This document shows, in pieces, positions 1 through 9,879 of a stretch of 64,000 nt of DNA. The stretch comes from Prorocentrum cordatum (taxonomy: Eukaryota), in contig CAUYUJ010000091.1 of the NCBI GenBank assembly GCA_963575745.1, positions 1 to 64,000 of the forward strand, read 5' to 3'. The notes under the pieces were generated by a model. The model worked only from the letters and a program-made list of their open reading frames with translations. It did no database searches and was not told the origin of the DNA. The position numbers and the translations under genes were made by a program. Positions within the stretch are counted from its first letter, which is position 1. Each line of letters begins with the position of its first letter.

Positions 1-234
1 GAGCTGTGCGCGTAGCTCCTTCCTCGGCGGTAGGTAATGGGGGGTGACCCAAATGGGGGGGGGGGGAAGAACAAGGCCCTAGAGCGGCACTTCAGGGCCC
101 TGGTCGGGCACCAGCTGGCTCCAGAAGGTGCCCTAAAGGGCCCCTTTGGGGATCTTCGCTGCACCCCGCATGTGTGTGTCACCCCCCCATCACCACCCGC
201 CCGATCCTCGGGCCTAGGGCAACGGGCAGCAAAC

Positions 235-525
235 GTCGGGAGCCTTGAGACGGGGGTCATCCATGCAAACGAGGGTCAGCCATCGAATAATATAAACGGC
301 ATGGACGTAGACTTTCGACGCCCCACGCGGATCTCCAGAAGTCTATGCGATTTGTCCTTTAGTGGGACGGGGTCAATGCAGATGGGGGTCAGCCAGAGCG
401 AGGGATCTTGCAGGATCCTGCAAAGCCAGGGTTGCATTGACCTGGGTTAGCGCGCAGGATCCTGCCGGATCCTGCAAGAGTTTGCAGGACTCTGCAGGAT
501 CACGCGAAGCCTGACGACCCGGGTC
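235..525 (+). repeat. Family C copy with ~110-bp extra sequence
   Basis: GTCGGGAGCCTTGAGACGGGGGTCA…GGGGTCAATGCA…GATCTTGCAGGATCCTGCA…TGCATTGACC…GCCTGACGACCC. Confidence 0.7.
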
Positions 526-1002
526 GGTGCGTTCATGATCCTTCCTCGCGCGGGCGGCAACAGGGGGGGTGCAACGGGCGGACGTTTGTTGCCACCCCCT
601 TCACGAACACCCGACCTCTGCCGGTAATCGACGAGGAGGAGGAGGAGGAGCAGGAAGGAGGAGGAGGAGGAGGAGGAGGAGGAGGAGGAGGAGGAGGAGG
701 GAGCAGCAGGAGGAGGGAAGAGGATGTCCATACCCCTACTGCTGCTCGCGCTCTGGCTGCCAGGGGGGGGGGGAAGGGCAAAGGAGCTCGGCCTCCACAG
801 GCATGGTTTTTCTGTCCGTGCCCCCGCTCCGTACCCCCGCAGGGCGTAGAGTCCTGGCGGGGGCATGGAGAAGATTCAGGGAGGGACAGAACGCAGAGGC
901 CCAAGTCATCGCCGACTCCCAGGACCTGTATGGGAAAACATGTGGGAAGTAGGGGGAAGACGCAAATCAAGAGAAGGCCGGAAACTATTGGGAAACCTGG
1001 GA

Positions 1003-1081
1003 TGTGTGTCTATGTTTGTGTGTGTGTGCGTGCGTGCGCGTGTGTGTGTGTGTGTGGGTGTGTAAGTGTGTGTGTGTGTGA

Positions 1082-1120
<39 letters not shown>

Positions 1121-1386
1121 GGTGTGTGCGTAAGTGTGTAAGGGTGTAAGTGTGTAAGTGTGTGAGTGTGCGTGTGCGTGTGCGCGTTCGCGTGCGTACG
1201 TGCGTGCGTGCGTGCGTGCGTGCCTGCGTGCCTGCGTGCCTGCGTGCCTGCGTGCGCGCGCGTGTGTGTGTGTGTGTGTGTGCGTGTGCGCGCGCGTGTG
1301 TGTGTGTTGTGCGTGTGCGTGTGTGCGCGCGCGTGTGTGTGTGTGTTTGTGCGTGCGTGTGTGTGTGTTGTGTGTGTGTGTGTGTC
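1003..1386. repeat. (TG)n/(CGTG)n microsatellite
   Basis: Directly visible. Confidence 0.95.
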
Positions 1387-1429
1387 CCTGGGCCCCGTTT
1401 AAGGATGTCCGTCGCCTGTTCCGCCGAGC

Positions 1430-1500
1430 ATGCTGAGGCGAGCGCAGACGGTGAGCGGAAGCTTCCTGGCCCTGCTGGCCGACTCGGCCGACTACGGCAG
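1430..1500 (+). CDS. Candidate exon (…GSFLALLADSADYG); 5' boundary uncertain
   Basis: Ends GGCAG|GC. Joined to 7360 it gives FLALLADSADYGRFVALMKMR, which resembles the last helices of a BART (ARL2-binding) domain. Confidence 0.35.
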
Positions 1501-1524
1501 GCCCGCGCCGCCGTCTTCGCGCCG

Positions 1525-2545
1525 TCGTCCCTCCTCCTCCTCCTCCTCGACCGTGCTCCTTCGCGCCGCCGTCTTTCGCCCGTGCTCCTCGACCATCTCG
1601 TCCTCCCCGCCCTCCTCCCTCCTCCTCCTCCTCCTGGTGCCTCCTCCTCCTCGTGCCTCCTCCTTCTCCTCCTCCTCGTGCCTCCTCCTCCTCCTCCTCC
1701 TCGTGCCTCCTCCTCCTCCTCGTGCCTCCTCCTCCTCCTCCTACTCCTCCTCGTGCCTCCTCCTCCCTCCTCCTCCTCCTCCTCCTCCACCTCCTCCTCC
1801 TCCTCCGCCTCCTCCTCCTCCTTCTCCTGCCTCCTCCTCCCGCTCCTCCTCCTGCCTCCTCCCCCCCCTCCTCCTTCCCTCCTCCTCCTCCTCCTCCTCC
1901 TCCTCCTCCTGCTCCTCCTCCTTCTCCTCCTCCTCCTCCTTCTCCTCCTCCTAGTGCCTCCTCCTCTCCTTCTCCTCCTCCTCCTCCTCCCTTTCCTCCT
2001 CCCTTTCCTCCTCCCTCCTCCCCTCCTCCTCCTCCTCCTCCTCCTCCTCCTCCTCCCTCCTCCTCCTCCTCCTGCCTCCTCCTTCCTTCTCCTCCTCCTC
2101 CTCCTTCTCCTCCTCCTAGTGCCTCCTCCTCCTCCTTCTCCTCCTCCTCCTCCTCCCTTTCCTCCTCCCTTTCCCTCCCTCCCTCCCCTCCTCCTCCTCC
2201 CCTCCTCCTCCTCCTCCTCCTCCTCCTCCTCCTCCTCCTCCTCCTCCTCCTCGTCGTGTCGTCCTCCTCCTCCGCCTCCTCCCTCCTCCCCTCCTCCTCC
2301 TCTCCTCGTCGTGTCGTCCTCCTCCTCCTCTTAATTTTCCTCCCCTTCCTCCTCCTCCTCCCCCCATCGCTCCTCCTCCTCCCCCTCCTTCCCTTCCTCG
2401 CCCCCCTTCTCCGCCTTCCTCCTCCTCCCTCCTCCTCCTCATCGCCTCCCTCCCTCCGCCTCCTCCTCCTCCTCCGCCTTCTCCTCCTCCTCCTCCCACC
2501 TCCTCCTCCTCCTCCTCCTCCTCCTTTTCCTCCTCCTCCTCCTCC
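1525..2545. repeat. Imperfect (CCT)n microsatellite; similar tracts at 6648-6915, 7757-8040, 9357-9895, 19305-19760, 38330-38830, 40703-41035, 54178-54420, 55768-55910
   Basis: Directly visible (GAG on + where inverted). Confidence 0.95.
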
Positions 2546-5254
2546 TTGGACATGGATGTCAGAGAAGGTAGGTTCGATATGGGCATCGTTAGTCGGGCCC
2601 TGGACACCTTCACTGAGCAGTTGAACCAGGCTATCAACCAGGAGAAGGCGCTCACCAAGTCTATGTCTACTGTGGCTTGGAAGGAGTGGGTTAAGCAAGC
2701 GATGGGGCAAGGGACGGGTTGGGCCCACAGGTGGAGTAAGATTAGAGAGTTTTGGCGTCCTGTGGATACGGGAGGAGACATTCGCCAATCAACAAAGCCC
2801 TCCAAGTTGTTAGAACGCGAGGGCCACCGCCTTGAAAAACTGTTGCAATCCCGGCCCAGCCCCAAAGAAATCTTCCAAGCCCCTGAAGGCAGTTGGAAAG
2901 AGCTTGCCGAAATAAGCAGCCAGGACATCAGAGAAGCAGCCAAAACATTTTCAAAACATACGGCGCAGACTTGGGATGGTTTCCACCCGCGCCATTACTT
3001 GCTCTTGGATGATGACCAGTTATCCTGCGCAGCGAAGCTTTTCCGCATCGTTGAAAAGGTAGGCATCATGCCCTCCCCGATCCACGCGATCCTCACGAAT
3101 TTGATACCAAAGCACAAGCCTAACAAAGTTGGGCTGGGCTTCCGGGGCATCGGGCTTCTTCCCAGCCAGTACAGGATTTATTCGCGGGTCCGGCAGGGAG
3201 TTTCTAGAGAGTGGGAGAGAGCTAACAGAAGCAAAATGATGGGGCACCAAGCTGGTAGATCTATCATGGAGCTCGTGTTCCTACAGAGTCTCCAGGCCGA
3301 GGCGTCAGCTTTAACCAGTACCAGGCTCCATACAGGTGCATTTCTTTCGGACCTCAGTAATTACTACGAGCACGTAGAGCACGATATGCTTTGGGAACGG
3401 GCAGAACAGCAGCAGTATCCTTTAGCAGTGCTGGCCATAGTCCTCAACCAATATTCCGGTAGACGTTTTCTTGGGTTCTCTGGGATTTGCATGATGCTCA
3501 ATTTACCGTACAAAGGTATCGCAGCAGGCTGCTCTTTTGCTACTTATTTGGTTCAGGTGTTTTCGTTGCCCCCCCTGCGATCATGGAGTGCGGCGTATCC
3601 CGGTGTCGACCTGACGCTTTTCATCGATGATTTCCTCGGTATGGATTCCAACCGTTGCATGAACACTTTAGTGAATATCCTTACCCATGCTGCAGCGAGC
3701 CTGTCGGAGCTGATCGTTTCTGCCATGAAGTGCAGCATGGCCTTGCACAAATCGGCGATCGTTGCAAGCAGCGTGAGGCTGAAGTCGCTCTTAACCGCCT
3801 CCTTTGGCAAATATGCAGGCCCCGTTACGCCCCCCAACCGGTCTGCAGCAACCAATCTTGGGATAGATTTTTTCGCTGGCAGTCTCAGGTGCAAAAGTGG
3901 GGCCACACTAACGCTCAAAGGCCGTTTGGAGGCTCTGAAAAAGCGAAAGTGGAAATTGTACGTTTTGAAGAAGGCGGGGGTCAAGATGGAATCCATGTTC
4001 GTTTCTGGTCTACAGAGTTTTGGTTTCCACGGTTCGGAAGTAGTGGGAGTCACGCACAAAGAGCTTATCACAGCACAGTACGAGTACCTTAGTGTTGCCG
4101 TGTCTCCTTCTAGAAGTTGTTCGAAGCCAGTATCTTTAATGCTTATGGACGACCCCATGTGGAGACAGGCGCTAGGTCCAGCGTTATCTTGGGCGACGGT
4201 GGTATGGAAAGCAGCGACAGGGGAAAGGAGCGAGCATGCAGTTTCCCTACCAGAGTTGGCTCGCATGGCCAACCCCGTGCTCTCCAATTTACCCAGGACA
4301 TGGGCGACGGTTCGTGGCCCCCTCGGTGCAGCCCACCTTTCCTTGGAACGAATTGGGTGGAAGTTCGGCGGGCCTTTCAAGTATGTATCTGCCCATGGTT
4401 TAGTTTACAATCTAACCGACTCGTCCCCGCATATGATTCAATGTCTCATGCAGAAACAGTGGCGTTGTCAAACATCTTCCCTGGCAGCAGACAAGCTCCT
4501 TTTACAGGATGAGACCTTGGACCCGAGCCCAGCTATCAAGATACTGGGCGACAAGGCCCTGGGCACCCAGGGCAGAAATATTCTTCGCTCGTATCTTTCG
4601 CATACTTCCTGGTCTAGTTCAAGGCTGCATCTTCTTGGCTATGATGTTGATCCTGTTTGCCATTTATGTGGAGCCCAATCGGATAGTTTATATCATCGGT
4701 GCTGGGAGTGCAGTGGAACTGAAACAGCCAGGGAGAAGTGGTTCAGCAACGCGGACAGGGACGTCCTATTTCACCCAGACTATAAGCATCACCTCCTGCT
4801 TGGCTTCAGGGTGTGTCCTTCTCCGCCCTTCGTCGCCCCGGCTGGACTCGGCATCGAAAGTTTTGAGTCTTGGACTCTTTCAGGAGAGGCCTACCAGATC
4901 GTCATGACAGGTGAGGTTTTCATTGATGGCAGCTGCTTCAAAGACGGAGCTAAACAGCATCATCGAGCAGGATGGGGAATCTCAAAACTGTCGCCTGAAG
5001 GAGTTCTCTTGGGCAGGTTGTTCGGAAGAGTGGGGGACAAGCTCCCGCAAACCTCCCCGGCAGGGGAACACGTTGCGGCGCTCGCAGTGGTGTCGTTGCT
5101 TCCAGGTGCCAGAATTGCTTTCTCGGATTATTCTGGAGTTGCTGGAATGCCGGCTAAGCCTCGCCAGATACAACTCCATGGGAAGAATTATTATTCAGGC
5201 GTCAAGCTCATCACACTCGGGCGGGCTCCACAGGTTTCGAGATCCCGAAGGTGA
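2546..5254 (+). CDS. Reverse transcriptase polyprotein (RT, zinc finger, N-terminal part of RNase H)
   Basis: 902-aa open frame. RT motifs in order: AQTWDGFHP, LIPKH..FRGIGLLPSQYRIY, DLSNYYEHV, GIAAGCSFA, LFIDD, NLGIDF. Zinc finger CHLCG..DSLYHRCWEC. RNase H motifs FIDGS, AGWG, QTSPAGE, FSDY. Confidence 0.92.
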   Translation: MDMDVREGRFDMGIVSRALDTFTEQLNQAINQEKALTKSMSTVAWKEWVKQAMGQGTGWAHRWSKIREFWRPVDTGGDIRQSTKPSKLLEREGHRLEKLLQSRPSPKEIFQAPEGSWKELAEISSQDIREAAKTFSKHTAQTWDGFHPRHYLLLDDDQLSCAAKLFRIVEKVGIMPSPIHAILTNLIPKHKPNKVGLGFRGIGLLPSQYRIYSRVRQGVSREWERANRSKMMGHQAGRSIMELVFLQSLQAEASALTSTRLHTGAFLSDLSNYYEHVEHDMLWERAEQQQYPLAVLAIVLNQYSGRRFLGFSGICMMLNLPYKGIAAGCSFATYLVQVFSLPPLRSWSAAYPGVDLTLFIDDFLGMDSNRCMNTLVNILTHAAASLSELIVSAMKCSMALHKSAIVASSVRLKSLLTASFGKYAGPVTPPNRSAATNLGIDFFAGSLRCKSGATLTLKGRLEALKKRKWKLYVLKKAGVKMESMFVSGLQSFGFHGSEVVGVTHKELITAQYEYLSVAVSPSRSCSKPVSLMLMDDPMWRQALGPALSWATVVWKAATGERSEHAVSLPELARMANPVLSNLPRTWATVRGPLGAAHLSLERIGWKFGGPFKYVSAHGLVYNLTDSSPHMIQCLMQKQWRCQTSSLAADKLLLQDETLDPSPAIKILGDKALGTQGRNILRSYLSHTSWSSSRLHLLGYDVDPVCHLCGAQSDSLYHRCWECSGTETAREKWFSNADRDVLFHPDYKHHLLLGFRVCPSPPFVAPAGLGIESFESWTLSGEAYQIVMTGEVFIDGSCFKDGAKQHHRAGWGISKLSPEGVLLGRLFGRVGDKLPQTSPAGEHVAALAVVSLLPGARIAFSDYSGVAGMPAKPRQIQLHGKNYYSGVKLITLGRAPQVSRSRR

Positions 5255-6123
5255 AGGCCCATGTAAACCCTGATGACTGTGAGCCTTCCTCGTCCGACTG
5301 GTATAAAGCCAGGGGGAATGAAGAAGCAGACACAGCAGCGAAACTAGGTGCGAAATTGCACAGTGAGCCCAGCAAAAACGAGGTAGATCTGTGGGAATCG
5401 CAAGGCGAAGTTTTGAAGAAGCTTCTTATGTTTATCCCTGAAGCATTGTCTCTCTTCCCCAAACCTCCCAAAGGGAAGTTGGAGCGAGTTCGCCCTGCTA
5501 AGGTTCAGGGGAGCGCAGGCTTCGTCATAGATGCAGTGGGTCCCCATGCTCCTGAGCATCTTCTACAGCGACTCAGGATGCAGGGGCCAGCTGCCAGCGC
5601 CGCAGGTCATGACCCTCCTCACCCCCCTCCTCCGGCTGTGCTTCAAGAGGCCGTTGGAGACGGCCCGAACCATCGTGTTTGGAGGTGGCGTCCAGAAGGT
5701 TTCTGGACTTGTTTGCACTGTCAGCGCCGCAGTACCCGTTCCAGGCAAGACCCTGCAGAGAGGAGGCTTGAGGGCCGTTTGCTCCGCCATCCTCCACCTC
5801 CTGACTTAGGGTGCCAGGGCGCTTCACCAATTCTTCGCAGCCTGTTTCATAACCAGCGTGGTCACACTCTATACCTTTCAGAGCACCCTACGGGTATCCT
5901 TACAATCTGTCGTGCTTGTGGTAGCTACTCTGAGGGAGCCAGAATGCAAGGCTTAGATGGCCAATGCGCTCCCCATAGGGAAACCAACAGGGCGAAGGCC
6001 AATTGGAGTCGCGCCAACAAAGGGAAATCCCCAGACTATAGACGGGGCAACGCGGTCATCTTAGGTGACCTGCTTCCCGTTTCTACTGTGTTCGAGCTCA
6101 GACAAGAGCTAGACGACGTTTGA
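5251..6123 (+). CDS. Frameshifted continuation of LINE-A polyprotein: RNase H C-terminus plus Cys/His motifs
   Basis: KVKAH...GNEEADTAAKLGA is the RNase H C-terminal signature. It is followed by WTCLHC and HTL...ICRACG...LDGQC. The frame change lies near 5225-5250. Confidence 0.88.
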   Translation: MKAHVNPDDCEPSSSDWYKARGNEEADTAAKLGAKLHSEPSKNEVDLWESQGEVLKKLLMFIPEALSLFPKPPKGKLERVRPAKVQGSAGFVIDAVGPHAPEHLLQRLRMQGPAASAAGHDPPHPPPPAVLQEAVGDGPNHRVWRWRPEGFWTCLHCQRRSTRSRQDPAERRLEGRLLRHPPPPDLGCQGASPILRSLFHNQRGHTLYLSEHPTGILTICRACGSYSEGARMQGLDGQCAPHRETNRAKANWSRANKGKSPDYRRGNAVILGDLLPVSTVFELRQELDDV

Positions 6124-7359
6124 TGTATTAGCTTCGGCTTGGTATTTGGGTAATTCCAGTGGTGCTCTTTTGTTTGTCCTGTTACGCAGTTAGAAAACCG
6201 ACCCTTTTCGACTGAAAGGGGTCGGTTTCACTGGCGGTCTGAAGCGCGACGAGAGCACCAGAGGAAAACCCGTTCAGCGAACATCCACTCCTTCTCCTTC
6301 AGCGTACTTGGCGCCAGGCAGGTGCAGAGGAGGCGGACGACTGTGTGGCGGCATCCTTGTTTTTCACGTGTGGTTCAACAGCTGTTGTGGACTCATCTGC
6401 AACACTAGAAGGGAATACCACAGTGCCCACTCGAAGAACTGGTCAGTCCCTGATAACTCTGAGAAGCAGGGTAACCTCTTCCTCTTCCTTCCCTCCCTTC
6501 CTCCTCTTTCTTCCTCCCTTCTCCTCCTCCCGGGTTGGGTTCGGTGGAGCCGCTTTTGCATCGGCAACGCTTTGGGCATGGCCTGAAGGTCGGTTGCTGG
6601 CTGATTCAGCTCGCCTGACTTAGTTCACCCCGAAGCGAATGTCAATGTCCTCCTAGTGCCTTCTCCTCCCTCTTATCTCCCTCCAGCCCCTCCTCCCTCC
6701 TCTTTCTGCCTGCTCCTCCTCCCTCATCCCTTCTCCTCCTCCTCCTCCTCTCCATCCTCCTCCTCCCTCCTCCTCATCCTCCTCCACCTCCTCCTCCACC
6801 TCCTCCGCATCCTCCCTCCTCCTCCTCCACCTTCTCCTCCCCCTCCTCCTCCTCATCCTCCTTCTCCTCCTCCTCCTCCTCCTCCTCCTCCTCCTCCTGT
6901 CTCCTCGTGCCTCCTCCGCCGTTTCCTCTTCGTCCTCGCCCTCCTCATCGGCGCCTCCTTCTCCTCGGCGGCGAGCTCCAAAGACCATGCCCTCGCCGAT
7001 CCGCGATTCAGGTGACGCGATGGGCGGCGGGGGTCCGCAACTCGCCGAACTCGTGGCGACACCCGAACCCTGCCCCGGTATCCCACCGATTCGGGAGAAT
7101 CGACATCTGGTCGGGGCAGGGTCCGGATGTCGCCACCTATACTTTCCTCCATCCCCACTCTGGCCCTCCATTCGGGTGTTGCTAGAAGTGCCCCAGGCCC
7201 AGGGTTCCCCAGGATTCCCAAGGATGCCCCCGCGTCCTCCACGGCACCCCTCACAATGCCCACGGGGCCCCAGGGGCTCCCAGATGGAGCGAACAGCTGG
7301 GGACACCTTGGGCCAGGGGTACCTTCAGCAACCCCCGATCCTGTTCCCTCCACAAGCAG

Positions 7360-7487
7360 GTTCGTCGCACTCATGAAGATGCGGCAGCGGCTGGCCGCCT
7401 CGGTCAGGGACCTGGGCCCGCCGCCGCCGCCGGAGGAGGGCAGCGAGGATGGCGGCGAGGAGGAGGACCACGCCCCCCTGCTTGCAG
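7360..7487 (+). CDS. Candidate exon (RFVALMKMRQRLAASVRDLGPPPPPEEGSEDGGEEEDH…); 3' boundary uncertain
   Basis: GCAG|G acceptor at 7359 and coding-like composition. Confidence 0.38.
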
Positions 7488-8499
7488 GAGGGGTAGGAGG
7501 CCGCATACTGGAGGTGGAGGGGGGCGGAGAGGAAGAGAGGGAGAGGAATAGGAATAGCAGGAGGAGAAGGAGGAGGAAGAGGAGACGATCACACAAGACA
7601 AGACAAGACAAGGCAAGGCAAGGCAAGGCAAGGCAAGACAAGACAAGGAACGGCAAGGCAAGACAAGGTACTGCAATCCAGGACAAGACATTGGCGAACG
7701 CTGTCTCCTCCACTGGCTCACCGCTCTGACTGGTGAGGCGTATGAACTGACAGCCGTCCTCCTCCTCCTCCTCCTCCTCCTCCTCCTCCTCCTCCTCTCC
7801 TCCTCCCTCCTCCTCCTCCTCCTCCTCCTCTCCTCCTCCTGCCCCCTTCTCCTCCTCCTCCTCCTCCTCCTCCTCCTCCTCCGCCCTCCTTCTCCTCCTC
7901 CTCCTTCTCCACCTCCCCCTCCTCCCCCCTCCCCCCATCCCCCATCCTCCCCCTCCTCATTATCCTCCTCGTTCTCCTCCCCCTCCTCCTTCTCCTCCAC
8001 CCCCTCCTCCTTCCCTCCACCTCCTCCGCCTTCTTCTCCTCTTTGTCTGCAGCTTCAAAGCGTACAATGGGCAAACCTGCGGGGCCAATCTCCCAAGAGG
8101 GGTGCTGGCGCACCAGGCCGCGCTCCTTTTCGGCGCGTTGCAACTTGCGCCTTGTGCATTCGGCGTGGATCGCCGCGCCATTCGGCTCTCGGTCGCAACC
8201 AGTGTTGCGATAGGACATTTGCATCCGAGTACGCAAATTGTTCCTCAATGCATATACAAATCTGGTCGAAATCTACCCATCCCTAATGGAAGATCTCCAG
8301 CTGTCGGAGCCGCAATATTGCGGGGACTTTTGGTGGTGGTGTATATTCTGGGCGCCCGCGCGTATTGGCTCTGGTTTTCTTCAGCTCTAGAGGAGTGACC
8401 AGAATGACCCCCGAAGCGCCCTGACATTGCCCTCGTTTCTTTCCAAGCCTTCTCCTGGTGACTTCAGAGCTGCGCGAGGTGGGAGGCCCGACGCTCCAT

Positions 8500-8745
8500 G
8501 CCTCCCATATGGGGTCGGAGTAGACTCGATGGGGTTAGAGGATCGCGCCGCGTCGACGATGCATCGGCGAGTCGGCTCGATGCTGAGCCCAGTTCACTCC
8601 ACGCTGGCGTCGTTGCTGCATCGCCCATGCGTCCATGCGTCGCCGACGTTACCGCTGCGTTCCCGATGCATTACCGACGCACCGCCGACGCGCGGTGCGA
8701 TCCTTCAGGCCTATTTACTCGGACCATTTTTGGGAGGCCTCTAGA
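8500..8745. mobile_element. Foldback family B copy
   Basis: GCCTCCCATATGGGGTCGGAGTAG…TACTCGGACCATTTTTGGGAGGCCTCTAGA. Confidence 0.75.
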
Positions 8746-9848
8746 CGCGCGCGAGTCCAAGCGATCTTCGGAGACCTCTGGAATCCAAGATATGGGCAAA
8801 CCGCATACGAACCTTGATCATCCTCGTCCTCCTCCGACCTCCTCTTCCCTCTTCCCCCTCCTCTTCCTCCTCCTCCGCCCCTGCGTTCTCCATCCACGTC
8901 CTCGGCGGTCGCTTGCCACGAGCACCCTGTGGCGTCAGTGGCGTGATAACCCGACGGTTTGGTTTTGCTCGAGTCGCTGGCCCCCGACGCTCTCGGGCTG
9001 CTCCACCTGCGAGCAGCAGCACAGAGAGGCCGCTCACAGGCCCCCAGGGCGACGCCTGCAGCCCAAACGTGCAGTCCGAAGCAGTCGATCCGAACACAAC
9101 CAGGCGCTGCGTTCGGGGAGGGGGGCGCGGGCGCCCTGTGGCGGCAGTTCGGCCACGCTCTCGCACGCACTTCGGGCGACCGCCGAGCTCGGAAGCAGCA
9201 GCGAGGTGGCACACGGGCTCCGCGACCTGCTTCCCGCTCTTGAGCCGATGCTGGACGGCCCCTGCCTCCAGACGCCGAAAGGGGAGCGACCCGCACGAGA
9301 AGTGCATCATCGTCCTTCGCCCCTCGATGTGTTCGTGTTGCCGGAGGCCTGTGGATGATGATGGGGGCGAGGCGCAGGAGGCAAAGGAGGAGGCGGAGGA
9401 GGAGGAGGAGAAAGATGAGGACGAGGAGGAGGAGGAGGAAGAGGAGGATCACGAGGAGGAGGAGGAGGCGGAGGCGGAGGAGGAGGAGGAGGCGGAGGCG
9501 GAGGAGGAGGAGGCGGAGGAGGAGGAGGAAACGCCTCAGTTCCCGCCCCACCCTCGGGTCCGCGGGAGGAGAGCGAGGACGGCGCAGAGGCGCAGGAGGG
9601 CACGGCGCCGACGTGACGAAGCGGCGTCGCGCCGCGGGGGGGGTGCCAGCAGTTAGGGCGCCCGCCCAGCGGTCCCCCTCGGATCCGCCTGGCCGCGGCA
9701 GGAGGAAACAGAGCCCTGTTCGTGCACCTCGTCGGCATCCTTCGCCTTGAGGAGGAGGAGGAGGAGGAGTGAGGAGGAGGAGGAGGAGGAGGAGGAGGAG
9801 GAGGAGGAGGAGGAGGAGGAGAAGGAGAGGAGGAGGAGGAGGAGCAGT

Positions 9849-9879
<31 letters not shown>

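Larger units (their letters stand above)
2546..6647 (+). mobile_element. Non-LTR retrotransposon (LINE-A), 5'-truncated, RT + CCHC zinc finger + RNase H + Cys/His C-terminal domain, ~520-bp 3' UTR
   Basis: Unique-sequence block, less GC-rich than its surroundings, between two (CCT)n tracts. It carries the RT/RNase H ORFs listed below. No endonuclease is present upstream, and the ORF starts at the microsatellite edge. Confidence 0.9.

Noticed and set aside
5221..5254. Programmed ribosomal frameshift
   Set aside because: There is no slippery heptamer, and the break falls mid-RNase H. A 1-nt indel or sequencing error is simpler.
6160..6470. Hammerhead ribozyme in the LINE-A 3' UTR
   Set aside because: CTGA occurrences lack the CUGANGA…GAAA…UH arrangement.
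6920..7011. Signal-peptide-like exon (FLFVLALLIGASFSS…DPRF) with GT donor
   Set aside because: The hydrophobicity derives from degenerate CCT repeat and there is no clear start or acceptor. It is kept only as an alternative donor for exon 7360.
8100..9290. Exon-like patches (VLAHQAALLFGALQL; EVAHGLRDLLPALEPMLDG)
   Set aside because: No recognisable homology, and no unique phase-consistent splice model.
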